Shown here one piece after another: positions 7,086 through 15,663 of a stretch of DNA of 64,000 nt. The notes below the pieces were generated by a model that saw only the letters and a program-made list of their open reading frames with translations, did not search any database and was not told the DNA's origin. Position numbers and translations under genes: made by a program. Source of the stretch: Waddliaceae bacterium (GTDB lineage Bacteria; Chlamydiota; Chlamydiia; Chlamydiales; SLFE01); the NCBI GenBank assembly GCA_963771045.1, contig CAVYRW010000004.1, positions 2,225,202-2,289,201 on the forward strand. The letters are read 5' to 3'. The stretch's first letter is position 1. Every line of letters begins with the position of its first letter.

Positions 7086-8754
7086 CTGAAGCTGATAATG
7101 CCTCAAAAATATAGGAGACATCATTGCCCTTCATCTTTTCTGTAATTAATCCTTTTGCAAGTTCTACTATAACTTCACGCTGGTCTGCATCTAAATCTGA
7201 TAATGCCTCAAGAATATCGGAGACATCATAGCCTTTCATCTTTTCTGTTATTAATCCTTTTGCAAGTTCTACTATAGCTTCTCGCTCGTCTGGATCTAAA
7301 GCTGATAATGCCTTAAGAATAGAGCAGACGTGAAGGCAATACATATTTTCTGTTATTAATCCTTTTGCAACTCCTACTATAGCTTCACGCTGGTCTGCAT
7401 CTAAAGGAGATAACGTCCTAAAAATGAAGGAGACTTCATAGCCTTTCATCTTTTCTGTTATTAATCCTTTTGCAAGTTCTACTATAGCTTCTCGCTGGCC
7501 TGCATCTAAAGCTGATAATGCCTCAAGAATATAGGAGACATCATTGCCCTTCATCTTTTCTGTAATTAATCCTTTTGCAAGTTCTACTATAACTTCACGC
7601 TGGTCTGCATCTAAATCTGATAATGCCTCAAGAATATCGGAGACATCATCGCCCTTCATCTTTTCTGTTATAAATCCTTTTGCAACTTCTACTATAGCTT
7701 CTCGCTCGTCTGGATCTAAAGCTGGTAATGCCTCAAGAATATGGGAGACATCATAGCCCGTCATCTTTTCTGTAATTAATCCTTTTGCAACTTCTACTAT
7801 AGCTTCTCGCTGGCCTGTATCTAAAGCTGATAATGCTTCAAGAATATAGGAGACCCCCCAACCAACCAACCTCTCTGTTATAAATCCTTTTGCAACTCCT
7901 ACTATAGCTTCACGCTGGTCTGCATCTAAAGCTGATATTGCCTTAAGAATTTGGGAGACTTCTTTGGACCCTGTCTTTTCTGTTATTAATCCTTTTGCAA
8001 GTTCTACTATAGCTTCACGCTGGTCTGCATCTAAAGCTGAAATTGGCTTAAGAATATTGATATTATAATAGTCATCGTCATTCATCTTTTTTGTTATTAA
8101 TCCTTTTAAATCAAGTCCTACTATGGCTTCTCGCTGGTCTGGATCTAAATCTGATAATGCCTCAAGAATATAGGAGACCTCCCAGCCAGCCATCCTCTCT
8201 GTTATAAATCCTTTTGCAACTTCTGCTATGGCTTTTCGCTGGTCTGCATCTAAATCTGATAATGCCTCAAGAATATCGGAGACATCATCGCCCTTCATCT
8301 TTTCTGTTATAAATCCTTTTGCAAGTCCTACTATGGCTTCTCGCTGGTCTGCATCTAAAGCTAATATTGCCCCAAGAATATGGGAGACATCCACGCCATC
8401 CATCCCCTCTGTTATAAATCCGTTTGCAACTTCTGCTATAGCTCCAACCTGGACTGCATCTGAAGCTGATAATGTCTTAAGATCGTTTTCGAAATTATTG
8501 GAGTAAAAGCTTCTCATGCTCGCTTCTAATATTTTCTTGTCTATTGGTCGATAATCTGATATTTTATCTCTTGGAAATAATCTTAGTGCAAGTTTGATAA
8601 ATAATCTTTTTTCTGGTTCATATTGTGAAGATATTTTTGTGGCTAACAATTCAATAGCTTTGTCTATTTTTTTCTTCCTAGTCTCAACATTTTCACAAGC
8701 GTGAAATGTTTGAGGATTCCTTGAGGGAGAGAGTTTTTCTGATCCTACATTCAT
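7039..8754 (-). CDS. 35-aa tandem-repeat (alpha-solenoid/HEAT-like) protein
   Basis: 571 aa. A ~95-aa unique N-terminus is followed by 13 consecutive repeats with consensus LDADQREAIVELAKGLITEKMKGxDVSxILEALSx. The last 17 codons are read from the antisense of the RT remnant. Confidence 0.75.
   Translation of the reverse strand: MNVGSEKLSPSRNPQTFHACENVETRKKKIDKAIELLATKISSQYEPEKRLFIKLALRLFPRDKISDYRPIDKKILEASMRSFYSNNFENDLKTLSASDAVQVGAIAEVANGFITEGMDGVDVSHILGAILALDADQREAIVGLAKGFITEKMKGDDVSDILEALSDLDADQRKAIAEVAKGFITERMAGWEVSYILEALSDLDPDQREAIVGLDLKGLITKKMNDDDYYNINILKPISALDADQREAIVELAKGLITEKTGSKEVSQILKAISALDADQREAIVGVAKGFITERLVGWGVSYILEALSALDTGQREAIVEVAKGLITEKMTGYDVSHILEALPALDPDEREAIVEVAKGFITEKMKGDDVSDILEALSDLDADQREVIVELAKGLITEKMKGNDVSYILEALSALDAGQREAIVELAKGLITEKMKGYEVSFIFRTLSPLDADQREAIVGVAKGLITENMYCLHVCSILKALSALDPDEREAIVELAKGLITEKMKGYDVSDILEALSDLDADQREVIVELAKGLITEKMKGNDVSYIFEALSASDGKVVKDKPIIRNIV
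7083..8460. repeat. 105-bp tandem repeat array (13 units) with a 420-bp higher-order duplication
   Basis: The unit ...ATCTAAAGCTGATAATGCCTCAAGAATAT.GGAGACATCAT.GCC.TTCATCTTTTCTGT.ATTAATCCTTTTGCAAGTTCTACTATAGCTTC.CGCTGGTCTGC recurs head to tail. The block ~7111-7230 is repeated essentially verbatim at ~7531-7650. Confidence 0.9.
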
Positions 8755-8991
8755 TTTTTTCTTAATATTCCTAAATGCACGTTAATCAACATTTGTAAAA
8801 TTGATCGAAAACATAGCAAAAATTGATATTCTGAGCAATTTGGAATTTATCGAGAGGATTTCCCGATTCATTCCTCCTACCCGCCGACATCTTCGTCATT
8901 ATCACGGAGCTTTTGCTCCTACCTTTAAGGAATAAGGTGGCTGAAGGATCAATTGCCAATCCAAGGGCCAAGTGTCCAAGAGCCAAGCTCC

Positions 8992-9861
8992 TTAGAACTT
9001 CCGCTGCGGCGCAACACCGACGATTTCGTAGTGGTAGAGGCAGTCGTGGACGCAGAGACCCGAGCGGCCAAAGTTGCCAACCGACAATTTAAATCCAGAC
9101 GCCTTCTCTTTGCAGATCGTAAATGTACAAGGATTGTCGCCAAGCCGACGAACTCCTGTGGCGGTATACTCTGAAGCAGTAGAGACTACCGCTCCCAATG
9201 CTGTGGGCTCATCCCAGCCGGGGCCAATACTTTTGGCAAGGGCCAATAGCTCACTCGGTGGTGTTGGGATTTTGGTTTCTTCGAGTATATCTTTTGTCGA
9301 TAAAGCCCAATGGGATCCTTCGATCGGTGTGTCGCCATGTTCTTCGTTAGCTGGAATCCAAAAGTTATCATATTTAGCCGCATGACCCTTTTTGGGGTTC
9401 TTGATCATCTTTTCAAAGTTGTTCAAAGTCAACGGCTTTTCATTGACGGTTTTAGGATAATAAGTCAGCTTAAGGACTTCATGACCTTTCTTCCCTTGGC
9501 ATTTGGGCAAGACGTTTTTGATAATCTTGATCATTTCCGATGTAAGAGGCGGGATATCGTGTATATCTATACTGCCATAGTATCTTATCCACTCTTCAGG
9601 ACCAAAGATGAGAAGATTGGGGAACCTCTTTTTCAGCTCGCGAACTTGAGCTATGGCGTTTAAACCAGGAAGCTTGGGATCTGCTGCCAAGGGTTGCCAC
9701 TGCTTGCTGACCAGCTGGCATGCCGCAAGATCAGCAAGGCCTAAGTTGGAAAATATCCGTAGCGTCATTTCAGGAGGGAGAACACCCGCAGGGTCAAGAG
9801 AGGCTAAATTTGGCCCTGTTTGATTTATTGCTTTAGTTTGATTAGTTTTATCTACTTACAT
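8992..9861 (-). pseudogene. F-box domain protein, paralogue 3, with nonsense at codon 2
   Basis: The upstream promoter/RBS block and the 5' coding sequence are conserved, but ATG CAA (copies 1 and 2) is ATG TAA here (9856-9858). The longest ORF restarts at the Met inside the F-box (MTLRIFSNLG..., 8992-9768). Confidence 0.7.
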
Positions 9862-10026
9862 ATTATTACTCCTTAATACATTTTATGTAAAAAAATATAT
9901 CAATAATAGACTAATTAATTCAAGATATTTAGTAGGAAAATTGCATAAAGAAATGATTTGATATGTCAAGCCGAATGTTTTTAACCTCGTATTCAGCTAA
10001 TGGGTCGGAAGTACGGCTTGTAAACG

Positions 10027-10456
10027 ATGGCCTGGTTTGTTAAAATGGCCGGCATGACAGTCAATCCTATTATTCTGACGCCCCTAAAGAAAGCAGTTGC
10101 TTCACTCAAAAGAGCGGTCGCGCAGCCTAAAAACGAATATACGCGCGATGCTGTCATCCAACGGTTTGAATATACCTACGAACTCTCGTGGAAAATGTTA
10201 AAACGTTATTTAGCAGAAGAAACCGGAACAAAAGAATTCAATATTAAAAACCTCTATCGAGAAGCCGGTCGGCAGCAATTAATAGATGATGTGGAAAAAA
10301 TGGTTTGAATACCACGAAGCAAGGAATTTAACATTGTATACTTATAATGAATCCACTGCCGAAGAAACTTACGCTATTGCCAAGAATTTCGCAGAAGATT
10401 CAGAAAAGTTGCTTCATAATCTCATGAGGGCTTGTGGCGATTCAACCCAAGGATGA
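10027..10456 (+). pseudogene. HEPN-type nucleotidyltransferase substrate-binding protein (HI0074 family), frameshifted
   Basis: ...RDAVIQRFEYTYELSWKMLKRYL... continues after a +1 shift in the A6 run (10295-10300) as WFEYHEARNLTLYTYNESTAEETYAIAKNF..., covering both hallmark blocks of the HI0074/HEPN family. Confidence 0.7.
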
Positions 10457-10534
10457 GGAAATCGTCCTCATCAAGTCGCTTTTCCGTGAAAGCTTGCCGG
10501 ATGTAGAAGTATGGGTATTCGGATCGCGCTCTTT
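10434..10534 (+). pseudogene. minimal nucleotidyltransferase (MNT) antitoxin, 5' fragment cut by IS605 insertion
   Basis: A GTG start overlaps the end of the HEPN gene. The translation VAIQPKDEEIVLIKSLFRESLPDVEVWVFGSRS breaks inside the GS motif, where the IS left end begins. Confidence 0.6.
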
Positions 10535-10624
10535 GAACGAAATCGCGACGCAATCCCCTGGAATTAGTTATGGGGTTAAGGAGCGACTTGAATTATATTA
10601 GTTGTCGCCATATAATGCGTTAGC

Positions 10625-11026
10625 ATGACGATTTCTAAATACAAATCTAATCACAATGTGGTGTACTCATGCAAGTACCACGTTGTGTGGTGTCCAAAAT
10701 ATAGGCGTAATGTACTAAACGATTTTGTCCAAAAGGAACTCAGGGCAATCATCGAGGAAGTTTGCCAATTAAGGAGAAGCGAAATACTTGCTATGGAATT
10801 AATGCCGGATCATGTGCATCTTCTCGTTGAGGTTGATCCTCAATATGGCATCCATAAGTTGATTAAGGAAATCAAAAGGAAAAGCTCAAGAATTTTAAGA
10901 CAAAGTTTTCCTCACCTTCGTTCTCGTCTTCCCACCCTCTGGACAAATTCTTATTTCGTTTCGACGGTAGGGGGTGCTCCTCTAAGTGTGATTAAGCAAT
11001 ATGTGGAGAATCAGAAAACGGTATGA
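10625..11026 (+). CDS. tnpA: IS200/IS605 Y1 (HUH) transposase
   Basis: 133 aa with YHVVWCPKYRR, HUH motif DHVHLLV and the catalytic-Tyr region TNSYFVSTVGG. Confidence 0.9.
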   Translation: MTISKYKSNHNVVYSCKYHVVWCPKYRRNVLNDFVQKELRAIIEEVCQLRRSEILAMELMPDHVHLLVEVDPQYGIHKLIKEIKRKSSRILRQSFPHLRSRLPTLWTNSYFVSTVGGAPLSVIKQYVENQKTV

Positions 11027-12066
11027 TTCAAACCCAAATCAAATTAAGAGTAAAATCTAAGCAAGAAGCAGTTCTTTCCGAATGGCTTTTAATTTTGACT
11101 CGTGTTTGGAATTGGGCAATCCGAAAAATCGAACTCGACGCAAAGGACAGCATTTTCTACAGCAAGAAAGAGTTTCAGAATCTGCTAGCGAATCATGGAA
11201 AGAAACTCGATATACCCTCCCACATATTGCAAGGGATGCTATGTACCGCTTGGGATGCTTGGAGCCGATGTTTTAAAAAGCTAAGGAAAAAGCCTAGGCT
11301 TAAAGGTTGTCGAAACCGTCTCAACTCGATCCCTTTCCCTGATCCAATTAGAAGACCAGACGGCGTGTACTTTAAACTCCCGGGAATTGGGTTGATTCGC
11401 TTTCACAAACAGGAAATTCCTCAAGGAAAGATCAAATGTGGTCGTATTGTTAAACGTGCATCAGGTTGGTATCTTTGTCTATTTATCGAGGCAGAACCGA
11501 AGGCTATACCACATAAAAGATACGAAAAAATCGGTATTGATCCGGGATTTAAGACAACATTAACCCTCTCCACCGGGGAAAAGATTCAGAAACCAAAACG
11601 ATTAAAGCAATTAGAAAGCCGACTAGCACAGGCACAAAGAGGAAAGAGGCAAAAGCTGACCTCAAGATTGCAAGAAAGAATTAAAAATCGTCGCAAAGAC
11701 GACAACCATAAGCTATCTCGGAAACTTGTTGAGGAATACGAAACGATTGCCTTTAGCAAAGATCATATCCAAGGGATAGCCAAGAAATACGGGAAATCAG
11801 TGGCGGAAAGCGGCCACTACCAACTTCGCCAAATGCTCTCATACAAGTGCCGTGCAGGCGGTAGGAAGTACATCGAAGTTGATTCCAAAGGTTCCACCAT
11901 GACCTGTTCGAACTGTTTGGCCAAAACAGGCCCAACAGGGACATTAGGCTTGTCGGTAAGACAATGGGAGTGTACAGGATGTGGTATTCTACACGATCGC
12001 GATCACAATGCTGCGATTAACACTCTCCTTGTCGGGCTCGGAACGAGCCTCGAGAGGTGTGCGTGA
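11023..12066 (+). CDS. tnpB: TnpB (OrfB_IS605) RNA-guided nuclease-type protein
   Basis: 347 aa with RuvC-I IGIDPGFKTT, Zn-ribbon CSNC...CTGCG and DRDHNAAINTL. Its start overlaps the tnpA stop (ATGA). Confidence 0.85.
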   Translation: MIQTQIKLRVKSKQEAVLSEWLLILTRVWNWAIRKIELDAKDSIFYSKKEFQNLLANHGKKLDIPSHILQGMLCTAWDAWSRCFKKLRKKPRLKGCRNRLNSIPFPDPIRRPDGVYFKLPGIGLIRFHKQEIPQGKIKCGRIVKRASGWYLCLFIEAEPKAIPHKRYEKIGIDPGFKTTLTLSTGEKIQKPKRLKQLESRLAQAQRGKRQKLTSRLQERIKNRRKDDNHKLSRKLVEEYETIAFSKDHIQGIAKKYGKSVAESGHYQLRQMLSYKCRAGGRKYIEVDSKGSTMTCSNCLAKTGPTGTLGLSVRQWECTGCGILHDRDHNAAINTLLVGLGTSLERCA

Positions 12067-12109
12067 GCCCCGTCCGGAATCCCCTGGCTTTAGCCATGGG
12101 GAGGTTCAA
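11950..12109 (+). ncRNA. candidate omega/reRNA scaffold of TnpB (3' end of tnpB plus RE)
   Basis: Inference from the established TnpB architecture: the guide RNA derives from the tnpB 3' end plus the right end. The RE hairpin and the GGAACGAGCCTCGAG palindrome are seen here and are partly conserved in the miniature element. The 5' boundary is not determinable by eye. Confidence 0.3.
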
Positions 12110-12293
12110 TACGGCTTCACATTATTCAGATCTCGACCTTTGGCCGAGCTGAGCCGCTTACGATCGGCTCATCGCGGCGTTTATAATGGGAATTTGTCGA
12201 AAAAACTTTTGCGACAGGGCACTAGTCGATTGGGAAAGGGTTTCCGATGAATTTAAAAGTGCAATTCAAAAAAGCATGGAACGTCTGAGATAA
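12110..12293 (+). pseudogene. MNT antitoxin, 3' fragment
   Basis: Translation ...HYSDLDLWPS*AAYDRLIAAF...CDRALVDWERVSDEFKSAIQKSMERLR* contains the SDLDL catalytic motif and the VDxxxW tail of MNT proteins, with an internal stop or frame problem. Confidence 0.55.
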
Positions 12294-12331
12294 TCCACTA
12301 ACGCGGTTTTGGCTACCTCTTTTTTAAAAAA

Positions 12332-13348
12332 TCACTCTTGCAAAGATATTGCAGCCTTGAGCAAGTTTTGCTGAAGAGTCTTGAGGCGGATAAAGCGGGG
12401 GGCCTCGAAATCATCCAGAGTCATTCCGTAGCGCTCAAAATCTTCCAGAAGCTCCTCCATGCCGCCCGCCAGCGTATATTTAAGCCGAAAATCGGGCAAA
12501 AGACGGCCCAGGAGATCAAAATTGACTCGGTAGCTTCTCGGGTCGCGGCTTAACTCGCCGGTAAATACGATGTCTGCATGAGGCAGAAGTTTTTTCACCC
12601 AGTTCGCAACGTCTTTGACCTGATAATTTTCGCTGTTGGCGCCGATATTCACGGCCATGCCGTGAATAGACTCGCGGGACGCCTCGTGAAAAGCGGCAAA
12701 CGCGCGGGCAATGTCGCGGCAATGAATCAGAGGGCGCCAGGGCGTCCCGTCGCTCATAATTCTGATCTCTCCCCGCGTATAGGCACAGGCGAGGAGGTTG
12801 TTGACAACAAGGTCGAGCCGAAGCATTGCCGAGCTGCCGTAGGCTGTGGCATTGCGAAGCGAGGCGGGAGAAAAGCTGTCACCGGCAAGAGATAAGATAG
12901 ACTTTTCGGCGTCGATCTTTGATTCGGCATAAGCTGTCAGCGGATTCAAGGAGGCCGACTCATCCAAATCCAGCGATTCCCCCTGACCGTAAACGGAACA
13001 GCTTCCCGCGAATAAAAATCTTTCGACCCGCGCGCTTTTGGCCTTTTTCGCAAGCTGAATCGACCCTTCCCGATTGATCGAGTAGGTCACGGCCGGATCA
13101 ACCGCGCCCATCGGGTCGTTGGAAAGAGCGGCTAAATGAATGACCGTGTCGAATCCTTGTAAATGGTTTTCTGTTAAATCACGAATGTCTAAAGACCACT
13201 CCTCATGAGGTTCCGCCCCCTCATACCACTCGCACCCTTGAAAAAAATTCACATCGACTCCGGTGACATGCGCCCCGCTTTCCTTTAAAATCCTGACGAG
13301 TTCAACGCCGATATACCCTTTGTGGCCTGTTACAAGTATTTTTTTCAT
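12332..13348 (-). CDS. NAD-dependent epimerase/dehydratase (extended SDR)
   Basis: 338 aa. It has an N-terminal Rossmann motif, KILVTGHKGYIG, and the YAESK catalytic motif. Confidence 0.75.
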   Translation of the reverse strand: MKKILVTGHKGYIGVELVRILKESGAHVTGVDVNFFQGCEWYEGAEPHEEWSLDIRDLTENHLQGFDTVIHLAALSNDPMGAVDPAVTYSINREGSIQLAKKAKSARVERFLFAGSCSVYGQGESLDLDESASLNPLTAYAESKIDAEKSILSLAGDSFSPASLRNATAYGSSAMLRLDLVVNNLLACAYTRGEIRIMSDGTPWRPLIHCRDIARAFAAFHEASRESIHGMAVNIGANSENYQVKDVANWVKKLLPHADIVFTGELSRDPRSYRVNFDLLGRLLPDFRLKYTLAGGMEELLEDFERYGMTLDDFEAPRFIRLKTLQQNLLKAAISLQE

Positions 13349-14535
13349 AGGCTGTCTACAATGTACTGTCCAATTGATAAAGCGGCGCTCGCCGCCGGAG
13401 AGGGAGCGCTCAAAACATGGACGATGTTGTCTTCTTTTTCAATGACGAAATCATCGGCCAAGGCACCCGATTTTGTCACAAGCTGGGCGCGAACTCCCGA
13501 TCTTTTATAAACCAGATCTTTCAGCTGCAATTCCGGAATGAGCCGCTTGAGGTCTTTGAAGAAAACCCGCTTGCTCATCGAACGGGTCATCTCATTAATG
13601 CCGGCTTTAAAGTTGCGACTGCAGCATTTCCAAAATCCCGAATAACTCAAAATGTCCCACACATCCTTGAAGTTTACATTCGTCCATCGGTATCCCGACC
13701 GCGATAGAGCCAATACGGCATTAGGACCCGCTTCTACAGATTTGTCCAGCATTCTTGACAAATGAACCCCTAAAAAAGGAAGCTCGGGATTGGCGACCGG
13801 ATAAACAAGACCCCTTACCAGATAGCGGCGGTGGGGAATCAGCTCGTAGTACTCGCCGCGGAAAGGGACAATGCGATGGGGATAAGCGGCTCCGGCATGT
13901 TCGGCAATACGGTCGGCCCAAAGCCCTCCGCAATTGATGACTTGCTTTGCAGTAAATGTCTCTCGGGCTGCCGCAATCTCAAAACCTGCCGATGCGCGGC
14001 TCACCTGTTTGACCCTAGACCCCAAAAAGAGCGTCCCTCCCTTTCTTTCAATCTCCTTGGCAAGGGCCTGGGCAACGCTGGAAAAATTCACTACGGCTGT
14101 ATTGGGCGAATAAAGAGCCTGGATGCCAGCGACATGCGGTTCGATTTCTTTGAGTTCAACCGGCCCTAAAAGCTTAAGACCCTGAACTCCGTTCTCCTGC
14201 CCCCTTTCGTATAGTTGCTGAAGACGTGGAAGCTCGTCTTCGCATTTGGCAACGATAACTTTTCCGCATTTTCGATAAAGAACCCCGTGCAGATCGCAAA
14301 AACGAATCAACTCCTCGGCACCCTGAACGCAGTTTTTCGCCTTCAGCGAACCGGGCGTGTAGTAAATCCCCTGATGAATCACACCGCTGCTGCGGCCTGT
14401 CTGATGAGAGGCGATCTCATTTTCTTTTTCAAGAACCGCCACCGTCAGCCCCGATTTTTTTTGCAGAAGCTTGTAGGCCGCAGCCAACCCCACAATTCCC
14501 GCTCCAATGACAACGACATCGAATTTTTGCGGCAT
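13345..14535 (-). CDS. lhgO: FAD-dependent L-2-hydroxyglutarate oxidase-like oxidoreductase
   Basis: 396 aa. The FAD fold FDVVVIGAGIVGLAAA is present, and overall LhgO/YgaF-like blocks follow (SSGVIHQGIYY, RSGVRAQ). Confidence 0.7.
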   Translation of the reverse strand: MPQKFDVVVIGAGIVGLAAAYKLLQKKSGLTVAVLEKENEIASHQTGRSSGVIHQGIYYTPGSLKAKNCVQGAEELIRFCDLHGVLYRKCGKVIVAKCEDELPRLQQLYERGQENGVQGLKLLGPVELKEIEPHVAGIQALYSPNTAVVNFSSVAQALAKEIERKGGTLFLGSRVKQVSRASAGFEIAAARETFTAKQVINCGGLWADRIAEHAGAAYPHRIVPFRGEYYELIPHRRYLVRGLVYPVANPELPFLGVHLSRMLDKSVEAGPNAVLALSRSGYRWTNVNFKDVWDILSYSGFWKCCSRNFKAGINEMTRSMSKRVFFKDLKRLIPELQLKDLVYKRSGVRAQLVTKSGALADDFVIEKEDNIVHVLSAPSPAASAALSIGQYIVDSL

Positions 14536-14583
14536 GATAAAACCTTTTAAGTATAATAAAGGTCGAAAGAGTTTAGGAAAAGT

Positions 14584-15663
14584 CTATTTTAATTCGCTTG
14601 ACACATCTTGAATATCTTGCGTGCGGGAAATGGGGAACGTCTTAATCTTTCCGTCTTCAAAAGAAACCGCTTTCAGATCAGCCATCCGAAGGCGGCGGTC
14701 GCCGTATGTGTGAAAATAAAACTTTTTATTCGTCAGGTCGCTAACGCTGGTCCATTGAGTGTACTCATAAGGATTCTGCCCTTTCTCCACTTTCTGATAG
14801 ACTGTTCCTTTGGGAATATCGAAAGAATCGAGAATATGAAACGCCTGAGTGACGCCGGTATCGGCATTTTCAACCGGCAGAGATGTCTGAGTGAAAACTG
14901 TCGCGCGGATAAAACGGGAAGGAGGCGTGAAGTCTCCGGGGAGTCCCAAAAGACCCGAACCGGACCCCGCCGCTCCAACAGTGAGCCCGCTTAACTTCAC
15001 TTTAGGAACGTTGATAGCAGACAAGTTGACATAATTTCGCAAATTCGTGACATGCCAGAGAAAATCGGGAGAATTGGTCAGAATTCCTATGGGGTCGTCG
15101 TCTATATGAAGCTTTCCGTCAATGTATTCCAAAACCAAACTGTTTCCATCTGCATCCCTGACAAAAAAATGCAGAGGTAAAATCTGATCCCACTCGGGCA
15201 GCACAGTTGCCGCGATCTTCACTTTTCCGGCGTTTTCCTTTACCTCTTGAACCGTCCTGAAATTGCTCAAAAGCCAAGTCGCGTACTCCCAAGGGGCCAG
15301 ATAATCATTGCTGTCCGATGGTTGATATTCGGGATATTTCGCATATTGAGGGAAATAAAACAGTCCAATACCAAGTCCCTGATCGTTAAGCCCTTCGGCG
15401 ATATGAGGGGTGTCTAGCACGCTCATGCCGACAATATTGTATTTTGCCTCCCATTCAACTCCATTGCCTCCCTCAGGCGTGGTCCCGGTATAACGGGTGC
15501 CTTTTGGAACCGCCAGCAAACGGGAATCGATATCTTTGGCAAACTCAAGCGTCCGCCCGGTAATCGCGATGCCCTTTTTCGACTTAAGAACGATCCCGGT
15601 ACAAGCATAAGAGCTTCCAAACAAAACGCAAAGACAAATAAAAATGGTAAGAAACAGCCTCAT
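14584..15663 (-). CDS. secreted Ntn hydrolase, choloylglycine hydrolase / linear amide C-N hydrolase family
   Basis: A signal peptide is followed by Cys (..SSYA|CTGIVLKS), the N-terminal nucleophile arrangement of the penicillin V acylase/bile-salt hydrolase family. Its ATG overlaps the stop of the upstream RasGAP-like gene (ATGA). Confidence 0.7.
   Translation of the reverse strand: MRLFLTIFICLCVLFGSSYACTGIVLKSKKGIAITGRTLEFAKDIDSRLLAVPKGTRYTGTTPEGGNGVEWEAKYNIVGMSVLDTPHIAEGLNDQGLGIGLFYFPQYAKYPEYQPSDSNDYLAPWEYATWLLSNFRTVQEVKENAGKVKIAATVLPEWDQILPLHFFVRDADGNSLVLEYIDGKLHIDDDPIGILTNSPDFLWHVTNLRNYVNLSAINVPKVKLSGLTVGAAGSGSGLLGLPGDFTPPSRFIRATVFTQTSLPVENADTGVTQAFHILDSFDIPKGTVYQKVEKGQNPYEYTQWTSVSDLTNKKFYFHTYGDRRLRMADLKAVSFEDGKIKTFPISRTQDIQDVSSELK

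Larger units (their letters stand above)
10535..12109 (+). mobile_element. IS200/IS605-family element (tnpA + tnpB)
   Basis: No terminal IRs. Subterminal hairpins are present: LE TCCCCTGGAATTAGTTATGGGG and RE TCCCCTGGCTTTAGCCATGGGG followed by AGGTTCAA. Both ends recur in the miniature copy at 35994-36344, which defines the boundaries to about +/-5 bp. Confidence 0.85.

Noticed and set aside
7083-8460. The regular 105-bp repeat array as a possible CRISPR or other non-coding array.
   Set aside because: The units are contiguous with no unique spacers. The period is a multiple of three, and the whole array is one open reading frame encoding a coherent 35-aa repeat.
6126-8754. An active diversity-generating retroelement, with the RT plus the repeat protein as its variable target.
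   Set aside because: The RT is truncated and carries a stop and a frameshift. I could not identify a TR/VR pair by eye. The repeat gene is on the opposite strand and shows no C-terminal VR-like region. Only a decayed-RT call is justified.
7039-8754. Calling the repeat protein a TALE-like DNA-binding protein.
   Set aside because: Only the architecture is analogous (tandem ~35-aa helical repeats with localised variation). There is no sequence similarity to TALE, BAT or PPR repeats and no RVD-like dipeptide pattern, so it is described neutrally as an alpha-solenoid repeat protein.
11981-12250. The 89-aa ORF spanning the tnpB 3' end, the IS right end and the flanking DNA.
   Set aside because: It reads through the IS boundary in a frame unrelated to TnpB or to the MNT fragment, so it is an artefact of juxtaposition.
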